A stretch of DNA of 34,393 bases from assembly GCA_009775535.1 (NCBI GenBank), contig VSPW01000001.1, forward strand, positions 1 to 34,393. The letters run 5' to 3'. Each line of letters starts with the position of its first letter. Positions within the stretch are counted from its first letter, which is position 1. The DNA comes from Muribaculaceae bacterium (GTDB taxonomy: Bacteria > Bacteroidota > Bacteroidia > Bacteroidales > Muribaculaceae). The notes beneath the pieces were generated by a model. It was not told the origin of the DNA and did no database searches. It saw only the letters and a program-made list of their open reading frames with translations. The position numbers were made by a program, and so were the translations under genes. This document shows positions 9,741 to 19,100 of this stretch, one piece after another.

Positions 9741-9960
9741 AAAAATGGGGGGGGTATTTGTAATAAAACAGCAATAATGCTTGCTGTAATGACTAAAAAT
9801 GATTAATTTTGCCAATCCATAATAGCCCCCTGTAATATGGGGGATAGTAAACCAATTAATCTACCTAATATTGTCTTCCGTTAGGACTATGACGCAAGAA
9901 TTGATTCAGCTATTATCGATAAATAAAGGAGAGGGTAGGGATTTACCCCCCCCTATTTCT
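9741..9960. repeat. Inverted repeats centred on G8 (9747-9754) and C8 (9946-9953) flanking a promoter; candidate invertible segment
   Basis: AAAAT-GGGGGGGG-TATTT versus reverse complement of right copy AAATA-GGGGGGGG-TAAAT; 10-bp exact core G8TA. Confidence 0.55.
9780..9811 (+). promoter_or_regulatory. Primary-sigma promoter of the pilus operon
   Basis: CTTG (9780-9783), 20 nt spacer, TAATTTTG (9804-9811), pointing toward the DUF3575 gene. Confidence 0.7.
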
Positions 9961-10163
9961 TGCTTATCTTGCTGTAAATCAACACTTTGTGGCAATGGAT
10001 GTATCCATGCCGGACCACATTCTCAGATCCCAGTATAAAACGTGCCGTCTGCCGTACTGCGGTGGTCGTGCCTTTCAGTAGTACCGTCAGGAGGAATAGG
10101 CTCCGGCGGCGCAACCAGCCTTATTGTGCATTAAATGAAACCAATCTTTCCAGAACCCATAAT

Positions 10164-10745
10164 ATGAAACTTAAGATTATTGTAGCAGCAATCATGGCAG
10201 TCCTTTTCTGCCAAGGCTCACGCTCACAGGATGTGGCCGTCAAGACAAACCTGCTCTATGATGCCCTCCTTAGCCCTAATCTGGGGGTTGAAGTAGGGCT
10301 GGCGCCGAGATGGTCGCTCGATGTGTCCGGAAACTTTAACGGATGGACCGTCGACGGCCACAGCTGGAAACACTGGTTTGTCCAGCCCGAGGCGCGTTAC
10401 TGGTTTTGCGAGCGGTTTGCAGGGCATTTCCTTGCCATGCATGCCATCGCCGGGGAATATAACTTCGGGAATATGCACAACGGGCTTAAGTTCCTGGGCA
10501 GCGACTTTTCCAAACTTGGAGAGAAACGCTATCAGGGTTGGGCAGCCGGCCTGGGTATAGGGTATGGCCACACTTGGATACTCTCCCGGCATTGGAGCAT
10601 CGAGGCCGAGGCCGCCCTTGGCTGGATATATACGCGGTTCGACACATATCCGTGTGCCCACTGCGGGACAAAGCTGGACCGCAACCGGGTACACAACTAT
10701 GTAGGCCCGACCAAGGCCGCGATAAACATCATTTATGTATTTTAA
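10164..10745 (+). CDS. DUF3575 outer-membrane beta-barrel protein of type V pilus loci
   Basis: Signal peptide then AVKTNLLYD...PNLGVE, QPEARYWFC, HNYVGPTKAAINIIYVF (terminal Phe); start at ATG 10164 rather than TTG 9987. Confidence 0.9.
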   Translation: MKLKIIVAAIMAVLFCQGSRSQDVAVKTNLLYDALLSPNLGVEVGLAPRWSLDVSGNFNGWTVDGHSWKHWFVQPEARYWFCERFAGHFLAMHAIAGEYNFGNMHNGLKFLGSDFSKLGEKRYQGWAAGLGIGYGHTWILSRHWSIEAEAALGWIYTRFDTYPCAHCGTKLDRNRVHNYVGPTKAAINIIYVF

Positions 10746-10767
10746 CTAACGACAGCGGATAATAGAT

Positions 10768-12231
10768 ATGTGTAATATTAAGAAAACAATCCTTGCGGCA
10801 GCCATGGCCACAGTACCCTTTGTGGCAGGCGCGCACGATGTGCCCTCGATCCACATGTCAGGGATGAGTGTCAGCCGTACGGCCGACGGCATGTTGGCAT
10901 TGACAATGGATGTCAATCCCGCTGCGTTCGACATGTCGCGCAACCGCGAAGTGCTCATGACTCCGGTGGTATACAACGCCGACAGCACAAAGACGGCCAC
11001 ATACCCGCCGTTTATAATAGCCGGGCATAACAGGTATTACCGCTACGTCCGCGACGGGCGTAAGCTTCCCGATGGGGCGTCATTCTACCGCGCCGGACAC
11101 GATGGCGGATTTACCTATACGGCCCTGATACCGTATGAGGACTGGATGGAGGTGTCCACCGTGGCCATAGACCAGAAGGAATGCGGGTGCTGCGGCGAGC
11201 CGGAAGGTGAGGAGAACACCCCTGTGGCCGAACTCGACTTCCGTCCACGCAGTTTTGTCCCGTGCTTCGTGTCAATGCCCCCGACAGCAAAAGGCGAAAA
11301 GGTGGTAGACCTCAAGGGCTCGGCATATATCGATTTTCCCGTGAACCGTACGGAGATATATCCGGATTACCGCAAAAACCCCTCGGAACTTAAGAAGATA
11401 ATAAATACGATTGATGTGGTGAAGAACAATCCCGATGCCACAATCACCGATATATTCATCAAGGGTTTCGCATCGCCCGAAGGCTCATACACCAACAATA
11501 TACGCCTCGCTAAAGGACGTACCCAATCACTAAAGGAATATGTGCGCCGTCAGTACGGGTTCAATGACACGGTGTTCCACACCGACTTCGAGCCGGAAGA
11601 CTGGGCAGGCCTGCGCGACTCCGTGCTTGTGTCTGTTGTGCCTAACCGCAAGGAGATACTTGAGATAATCGACTCCGACCTGGAGCCCGACCCCAAGAAC
11701 GCCGCCATACAGCGCCGCTTCCCCACCGACTATGCCTTCCTCCTGAAGAACGTATACCCGGCGTTGCGCCACTCCGACTATATTGTGCGCTACCGTATCC
11801 GCGAGTACACTGATGTCGATGAGATCAAGCGCGTGTTGAGGGAACGTCCGCAGAACCTCAACCTCAACGAGATGTACCTGGCGGCAAACACCTATGAGGT
11901 AGGCAGTCCTGAATACTACGAAGTGTTCGACGTGGCCGTACGCATGTTCCCGTCCGACCCTGTATCCAATGTCAATGCCGCCAATTCGGCGATGGCCTCC
12001 GGCGATTACACCCGCGCCGCCCGCTACCTGGAAAAGGCAGGGGACACACCCGATGCCGATTACGCCCGTGGCGTATTGCAGGCCATTCAGGGCAACTATG
12101 AGGAAGCCGTACCGCTGCTTGAAAAGGCACGCGACGGCGGCATATCGCAGGCCGCGGACGCACTGGCGCAAATAAGCACCATACGCCAGCGTAAGCAAGA
12201 GATAACATACATCACAGATGCGACAAAATAA
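10768..12231 (+). CDS. DUF3868 / OmpA-like peptidoglycan-binding protein with C-terminal TPRs
   Basis: Signal peptide, ECGCCG, AYIDFPVN, IKGFASPEGSYTNNIRLAKGRT (OmpA-like), EDWAGL, YPALR, TPR-like helices. Confidence 0.88.
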   Translation: MCNIKKTILAAAMATVPFVAGAHDVPSIHMSGMSVSRTADGMLALTMDVNPAAFDMSRNREVLMTPVVYNADSTKTATYPPFIIAGHNRYYRYVRDGRKLPDGASFYRAGHDGGFTYTALIPYEDWMEVSTVAIDQKECGCCGEPEGEENTPVAELDFRPRSFVPCFVSMPPTAKGEKVVDLKGSAYIDFPVNRTEIYPDYRKNPSELKKIINTIDVVKNNPDATITDIFIKGFASPEGSYTNNIRLAKGRTQSLKEYVRRQYGFNDTVFHTDFEPEDWAGLRDSVLVSVVPNRKEILEIIDSDLEPDPKNAAIQRRFPTDYAFLLKNVYPALRHSDYIVRYRIREYTDVDEIKRVLRERPQNLNLNEMYLAANTYEVGSPEYYEVFDVAVRMFPSDPVSNVNAANSAMASGDYTRAARYLEKAGDTPDADYARGVLQAIQGNYEEAVPLLEKARDGGISQAADALAQISTIRQRKQEITYITDATK

Positions 12232-12301
12232 CAGCAGATACTTCTCTTTCCCACATATAAAGTAAAATATTCATTATCCATTAACCAATTAATTATTTAA
12301 T

Positions 12302-13927
12302 ATGAAACATCTCAACAAGATTCTTGCAGGCTGCCTCATTGCCTTTGGCATGACTGCATGCAGCAACGATGATGGGAACACACCCGATGCCCCGCAGAAA
12401 GGCACCGGTATGTATGCATCCCTCTCCCTCAGCCTTAAAGGCAACGGCGGACGTGCCAATTCCAACGCTGGCGATGAATTCGGACAGGATTTTGAAAACA
12501 AGGTAGGCTCTATACTTGTAGTCCTCACAGAAAAAGACGGCAATGACTACAAAGTGATCACTACTGCCACTACAGATGGTGTACTTAACGATGGTACAGG
12601 CACAGGCTTGAATAACAAACCTAAATACACCGTACTTTTTGAAGATTACGAAAATCTTGAGACTTATGCCGGAAAGCAAGTGTACGTGTTCGCATATTGC
12701 AATCCGACAACCGAAATCCTCAATGCCGTTACTCCTGGAGCAAGCATAGCCGACCTTGAGGCCGCTTCTATCAACCAGCAGATCTGGAGCAGAAACGGAT
12801 TCCTCATGAGCAATGTTGAACTCGCTACCAGCACACTTCCTGATGAAGATGCTATTGCTAAGGACTACAACACCCCCGAAAAGGCATTCGACCTCACATC
12901 CGGCAATGCTATCCCTGTTGTACGCAGCGTTGCACGTTTCGACTTCCGTGAAACCAACAACGGTATATACCCCATCAAGGACGTTGTGAACGGTAATGTT
13001 GTCGCAAACATACGCCTTACTGGCAACATGGCTCTTATGAACCTTGCCAACGAATTCTATTATCTTCCCCGCATCATCAACAATAACGTGACTACACTCT
13101 GCCCCGGCATGGACGCTCTTGACGGTGTTAACGGTGACTATGTTGTCAGCTCACGTTTCGAGGCAAAGGCTACATCTGACGGTACTGACCTCGCCGGTTT
13201 CTTCACAAATCCTCTTGCGGGAATGACTGACTATTCATCACTTCCCTATACAACGGTTACCGGTACGGAAGACGATGACGAAGGCTGGACATCGACAAAC
13301 AAGACCGGCTACCACATCTGGCGCTATGTCACAGAGAACACACTTCCCCAAATCAACAGCCAGCTCAAGGGCAACACCACTGCTGTCGTGTTCCAGGGCG
13401 TGATCGAAGCCGCCGAGACTACATCAGAAGACCTCAAGGCTGCAATGCAAAACAAAGACGTACTCTATCTATACAACGGCGTGCTGGTAGGTAATGCTCT
13501 GGCTGTCAAGGAAACCGCACAGGCATCTCCTGTATCTACACTGGCACAGGCCTTTGTCGCAGCATTCGGACAGGCACTCGACTCTGAAGAAGCTCCCGCC
13601 GACCTCGAAAAGGCTAGCAACGGCTTCACAATCTACCGTTACGACGAAACCGTTAAGGGATATCCTGTATACTATGTATACTATAACCGCCACAATAACA
13701 ATGCCGACAACGCAGAGATGGGCGATATGGAATTCGGCGTAGTGCGCAACAACGTCTACAAGCTTGCTGTTACCGACATCAAGAAGTTCGGCCACGCTGC
13801 CAAGCCAGATGATGATGGCGATCCCGAAGAGCCGAAAGATCCCGATGAAGAGAAGGACGCATACTTCACAGTTACTGTAGAAGTCCTCAATTGGGTCGTA
13901 CGTGTGAACGATATCGTTTTTGAATAA
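12302..13927 (+). CDS. Type V pilus major subunit (Mfa1 family lipoprotein)
   Basis: Lipobox FGMTAC, probable Arg processing site GGR|AN, VVRSVARFDF, YVTENT, Fimbrillin_C-type end VVRNNVYKLAV...Pro/Asp-rich loop...VEVLNWVVRVNDIVFE. Confidence 0.9.
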   Translation: MKHLNKILAGCLIAFGMTACSNDDGNTPDAPQKGTGMYASLSLSLKGNGGRANSNAGDEFGQDFENKVGSILVVLTEKDGNDYKVITTATTDGVLNDGTGTGLNNKPKYTVLFEDYENLETYAGKQVYVFAYCNPTTEILNAVTPGASIADLEAASINQQIWSRNGFLMSNVELATSTLPDEDAIAKDYNTPEKAFDLTSGNAIPVVRSVARFDFRETNNGIYPIKDVVNGNVVANIRLTGNMALMNLANEFYYLPRIINNNVTTLCPGMDALDGVNGDYVVSSRFEAKATSDGTDLAGFFTNPLAGMTDYSSLPYTTVTGTEDDDEGWTSTNKTGYHIWRYVTENTLPQINSQLKGNTTAVVFQGVIEAAETTSEDLKAAMQNKDVLYLYNGVLVGNALAVKETAQASPVSTLAQAFVAAFGQALDSEEAPADLEKASNGFTIYRYDETVKGYPVYYVYYNRHNNNADNAEMGDMEFGVVRNNVYKLAVTDIKKFGHAAKPDDDGDPEEPKDPDEEKDAYFTVTVEVLNWVVRVNDIVFE

Positions 13928-13963
13928 ATATCACTCTAAAAGTAAGTTGCTTACTTATCTACG

Positions 13964-15001
13964 ATGAATATAAAGAAACAATTCATTTCGCGGTTCGCGG
14001 GGGCAGTCCTTCTGGCTGCCCCGGCGCTCGCCGCCCTCTCTTCTTGCGGAAGCGTGTTCGATGACCTCGATCCGTGTCCACGCGGTATCTCGCTGCGGTT
14101 TGTCTATGACTACAATATGGAGAAAGCCAACGCCTTCCCGTCGCAAGTGGATTGTTTGACACTTCATATCTATGATGCCGACGGCAATTTCGTTGCCACG
14201 CATACCGAGACCACTGATGCCCTTTCAGATGAGGGATACCGCATGACCATCGACCTCCCGGCAGGCGATTACCACGCCGTAGCCTATGGCGGCATAGAAT
14301 GCCAGGATGCGTCTTTTGCCCATAACGTGCCGCCCGTATCCGGTACAAGGTACACTGATATAGCCATGGCCATCAAGCCGGCACATATAGGCACGCGCCT
14401 GCATGACCTTTTCCATGGCGCAATCGACTTTACCGTCGAAGAAGGCCTCGACTACAGCCAGGCCACTGTCAGAATGATGAAAGATACGAACCATTTCCGT
14501 ATAATGTTGCAGCACATGAGCTACGACCCTGTCGACGGAAAGGACTTTGAATTCAAGATTGTTGACGACAACACTCTTTTCGCCCACGACAACTCCCTTT
14601 TGGACAACGGCGAAACAACGTATACAGCATGGACCGTAGGCCAGGTTTCCACCGGCCATGTCCCCGCTGAGATCCAAGGAAATAAAGCACCTGCGGCGGA
14701 TAATCCCGTAGAGGTAAAGGTCGGATATGCCGAACTGAGCACATCCAGGCTGCACCTCATGCGCAATCCCCGCCTCATCATATATAGCCACGAGAAGCAG
14801 CGCAACATTGTTGAGCTGCCGCTCAACAACTATCTTACCCTGTCAAAGAGCGATGCCGACGATATGGGCGACCAGGAATACCTCGACCGCCAGAGCCGTT
14901 GGAACATGCTCTTCTTCCTCGATCGCGACCACCTGTGGCTCAAGACCAACATTGTGGTGAACGACTGGAGGGTAAGGATAAACGATATAGATGATTTTTA
15001 A
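13964..15001 (+). CDS. FimB/Mfa2-family anchor pilin
   Basis: Lipobox ALSSC followed by DDLDPC, LRFVYDYNM..ANAFPSQVDCLTLHIYDADG, C-terminal IVVNDW; no obvious N-terminal Arg cleavage site. Confidence 0.9.
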   Translation: MNIKKQFISRFAGAVLLAAPALAALSSCGSVFDDLDPCPRGISLRFVYDYNMEKANAFPSQVDCLTLHIYDADGNFVATHTETTDALSDEGYRMTIDLPAGDYHAVAYGGIECQDASFAHNVPPVSGTRYTDIAMAIKPAHIGTRLHDLFHGAIDFTVEEGLDYSQATVRMMKDTNHFRIMLQHMSYDPVDGKDFEFKIVDDNTLFAHDNSLLDNGETTYTAWTVGQVSTGHVPAEIQGNKAPAADNPVEVKVGYAELSTSRLHLMRNPRLIIYSHEKQRNIVELPLNNYLTLSKSDADDMGDQEYLDRQSRWNMLFFLDRDHLWLKTNIVVNDWRVRINDIDDF

Positions 15002-15030
15002 TTAGAAACACTCTCCTTAAAATAATAACG

Positions 15031-16116
15031 ATGAGATCTCCCTTGTCTATATTATGCATGCTTTGTACTGCCTTTGCAATGGCTGTAGCCGGATGTTCGT
15101 CCGGTGATATCCCGTTGCCAGCATCGCGCGACAAGGTAATCCTGTCACTCGGCGTGCAGCTTGGCGACATCATAGGCAATCAGGCGCGGTCTGCTGAGGA
15201 AGAAGCAAAGGAAGGGGAAATCATGAAGTCGCTGCGTGTAATCGTGCTTGATGCCGAATGGCACGTGGAACACAACTCGTACTTCTCTTTCGACAATCCT
15301 GTGGACCGTTATACCGATCCCCGTTTTCCGGTAAAGGCCAATCAGTTGAAGACAGTCATCCTGGTGGCCAATGAACACGCCTTCTGTGTCGGCGATCCGG
15401 AATCAGGTGCAGTCGCACCCGCCTCCGAAGTGTTCTCGGCATTGTCGGCCGCTATTGGCGAATATGTCGATGTGTCGCAATTGCAGAAACTGGAAGTGCC
15501 GTTGGCCGCAAATGCCGATGCCTCCGGATGCCTGCGCCGCGACCTGCCGATAGCCGGTATATTTACCTGTTATATAGGGACGGAAGATACCGAGGCTGTA
15601 TTCCGCCTCCACCGCGCGGCCACCAAATATACATACCGCATCAAGAACATGAGCGGCCGCGGCCGCACCATCACAGGCGTCCACCTGTCTCATTCGGCCT
15701 CAACGGAGTACCTTTTTCCCGATGCCGACTATTCCGACAAGGAAATGACGCATATATCAGCCTACCGTGTGCCTGACGCTGCAAAGTCGTCGGAGTTCAC
15801 GTATGACTGCTCTGTGTCGCTGGCCGATGGTCAGTCGGTGGAGCTGCCGCCCATATACCAGCTTGAGGGTGTTGCCACTACGGATGCCGACCCTTACAGC
15901 ACCACAATATCCACCGAAGGGGTGATGCTTGCATGGCGTCCCATCCAGTGGAGGCTGCAGGAGTCTTCCATGCCGCTGCGGCTGATGACCGACCTGCCAC
16001 GAAACACCCATGTGGTAGTCAATATACTCCTTAAGGACCAGAACGACATCGCGCTTGAGGTTATACTCGTGCCATACCGCGGTGTAAATCTTGACCCTGG
16101 TTTCGGGTTGGATTGA
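15031..16116 (+). CDS. Accessory (minor) type V pilin lipoprotein
   Basis: Lipobox AVAGC, NQAR|SA, MKSLRVIV, LVANE, LHRAATK, LPRNTHVVVNI; position in the pilus operon. Confidence 0.75.
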   Translation: MRSPLSILCMLCTAFAMAVAGCSSGDIPLPASRDKVILSLGVQLGDIIGNQARSAEEEAKEGEIMKSLRVIVLDAEWHVEHNSYFSFDNPVDRYTDPRFPVKANQLKTVILVANEHAFCVGDPESGAVAPASEVFSALSAAIGEYVDVSQLQKLEVPLAANADASGCLRRDLPIAGIFTCYIGTEDTEAVFRLHRAATKYTYRIKNMSGRGRTITGVHLSHSASTEYLFPDADYSDKEMTHISAYRVPDAAKSSEFTYDCSVSLADGQSVELPPIYQLEGVATTDADPYSTTISTEGVMLAWRPIQWRLQESSMPLRLMTDLPRNTHVVVNILLKDQNDIALEVILVPYRGVNLDPGFGLD

Positions 16117-16153
16117 TATTAGATATGTCATCCTGTTTATAAATGATATGATT

Positions 16154-19100
16154 ATGAATACGGTAACCCACAATATACAGGCGGCTCTGTCCCGCCTTTT
16201 TCTGGCATTGGTCCTGTGCATCGCTGTGTCTGCATGCAAGGACGAGTTCCCATTGGGTGAATATGGCCCGATTGGTGATGGTACGGCCACAGTGTCGGCC
16301 ACGGTAAGTTTTGAGCCGTTCGGCTCGGCCCTCGACCATTCGCGTGCCCCCGGCGATGCCATAAAGTCCATACACACTCTGTATCTGTTCCTATATAATC
16401 CTGAAGAGGAGCTTGTGCAGATGCAGAAAGTGGCGGATTTTGAAGTCAATAACGACAATAATGACCGTCCTGACGGCGAATCCCCATATCCCGGCTCGGG
16501 TGTGTCATCCGCCGAGACTGATACGCCGCGCGCGACATTCGATGTAAAGATACCCTATGGTAAGTACCATATTTATGTGGTGGCCAACATCGATGTGGAA
16601 AAGGAGTGGGAGGAAAGCCAATATGCCACCGTTGAGGCCCTGTTGCATCAGTCTGTGAAATGGGATGGCAAGAATGAGTCCGGGCGCGGGGTCAACGACC
16701 AGATGTTCGGATATTTCTCGAAGGACAACCGCGCAGAGGGTCTGCGCTCCACAAGCGTAGTGGTAATCAACTCCCCGCGTCCGCAGATAAAGGCGTGGAT
16801 AAAGCGCGTAGCATCCAAGGTGACGGTGGCTTTCAATTCCACACGCCTGCGCGACAACGTGTATATTTATATCAAGTCGGTGACCATCAAGGATATCCCC
16901 GAAGAGTCGTACATCGGTATCGTCAACACCCCGGATCCGGAAGATAAGGACCGCACAATATCCAGCGGCCTTGTCGATGGTCAGACATTCTATTTCTCAA
17001 AGGCCGATGCATCGCAGACCGACTATAAGGCCAACTACAGGAACTGGATGGAGATTACCAACGGTGACTCCATACGCGGATACCGTTCTGACAATGCCGG
17101 CTATCAGCATCCGGTGGGCATTCCTGTGGAAAGGCGTCTTGAATATGAGCACGACCAGAATGCACCGGCACTGTATTTCTATGAAAATGTGCAGCCCGAA
17201 GGCAAAGAAGGTACTGAGTCCGACAAGCGGCAGGATGTGAGCGGGGAAAACAAGGAGGTGTCATATCCCGATGGGGTGGACCCCGGCAATGATGCCTGGA
17301 AAGATGCCCGGAAATATGGATCATATATTGAGGTTGACGGATATTATGTATGCCAGGACTCTGTACAGCCTGGACGTGGCCCGATAAAATACCGTTTCAT
17401 GCTTGGAAAGGACACAAAGACCGACTATTCCGCCGAGCGCAACCACCACTATAAGCTCACCCTTACATTTAACGGATATGCCAACGACATCGACTGGCAC
17501 ATCGATTACGATGAGGAGGCTAAGCCTGGTCTGGAAATACCGGAAGAATACTATGTGTCATACATGTATAACCAGGGATCGACGATGCCTGCCCGTGCCA
17601 CACCTAAAATCGGATATAAGTTGGTGAAGCTAAAGGCCGTAATCATCAAAAACGAATGGCGTCCGCATCAGGCCGCTGAGAATGAATATAACAGCAAGGC
17701 CTGGAGGATGCAGGAAAACAAGGAAGGGCTTTATGGTGGCGGCGAGCTGAAAGATTACAAGGATGACCCCGAGTGTTCAAACAACTGTGAGTACGGATTC
17801 CTGTCCCTGCGCAAGACCCATACTGTGACAAAAGTGATGCATGGTGGCGCCGGACAGCAGCTTATCTCTGACCTGCGCAATTTCTATTACAATGAATATG
17901 GCAATCGCTTGTCAAAAGGCATGCGTGAATATACGGATTTTCCTACAGAGGATACTCCTAAACAGGGATATACCTCATATGATAAAGAGAATGGCGATTA
18001 CACGACCCACCTTAAGACCAATAAGCATAACAAGGAAAAGGACTATGTGATAAACATTCCCTTGTTCACCAGGGCCAAGACAATGGACAAATGGGCGGTA
18101 TACACCGGTGCAAATCCATTCTATAACCATCACCGATATGCGCGGGTCAAATATACGGCATACTATATAAAGGAAGGGCTTTCCACTTCTTATGAAGAAA
18201 CACCTGCCGCCGACCGCTATGAGGAGACCAAATACAATGACATATACCAGTCTAAGCGTATCGATAATCCCCGTGGCATCTGGCGTCGAAGCAATAATCT
18301 GGCGTCATTCCATGTCAACCTTATGTACAATGTATCTCCCGATGAGGGTTCGGGATTCCAGTCTGTGGAATCGCGCGGTCCATGGAAGGCCGTTATAGAG
18401 CTTGATCCGGACAATATAGTCAGGCTGACCAAGGGAAATCAGACTGCGGTAGGTCAAGGCTCTTCAATAGTGGGATTGACGGATACACAAGTGGATTTTA
18501 CATACACCCCCAATAAGGCGACAGGTACAGGGGCTACCTCCGGGGCTATAATAAGGGTATATTACCATAATAACTCCTGTACGCACACCATCCTTGTGCG
18601 CCAGGGATACGGTGACATCCAGTTCCATCCGGGAGGGCTGTTCTGGTCGACATTCAATGTCTTTGACAAGAATACATTGACCAAGTCGCCACTGTCGATG
18701 GGAAGCATGTTCAGGAGGCATACAAACCTGGATTATCCTATCCTGGAAAAGAACAATAAGACCTATGGGTTTGGTGTCGCTTTAGCAGAGTCTGACAAAT
18801 TGGAGATTGCAGGTAAAGGCAAGGTTGGCTGGAACGATATACCGTTCATTGCCCACGGAAGTGTGCCTACCGACAAGGCTTTCGGCGATTTTACCATAGA
18901 TGGCGTCAAATACCGTATCCCTACCCAGAAAGAGGTCGAAGATGAGATTGTTGATAACCAGGACATGAACTTCGCGTTCGGGATAGTGTATGGCGATGCG
19001 GCAACGGGTGTATTGTCCGATTCTAAAGCCTACTGGTTCTCAGATATGGACAATGACGGTGTCGATGATGAAAATATGAACCATGGCGTGCGTGGGGTGG

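Noticed and set aside
9889..10038. 49-codon Cys-rich ORF (MTQELIQLL...) running through the C8 tract, as a slipped-strand translational switch for the DUF3575 gene
   Set aside because: The DUF3575 frame has a TAA at 9975-9977 downstream of the tract, so no tract length fuses the two ORFs. There is no other support for coding, though a leader peptide cannot be excluded.
9987..10163. N-terminal extension of the DUF3575 ORF from TTG 9987
   Set aside because: A clear signal peptide begins at ATG 10164 after an AT-rich leader, and the extension looks non-coding.
16091..16153. ORF-track start for the tip pilin
   Set aside because: It overlaps the upstream gene; the lipoprotein signal fits ATG 16148 or 16154.
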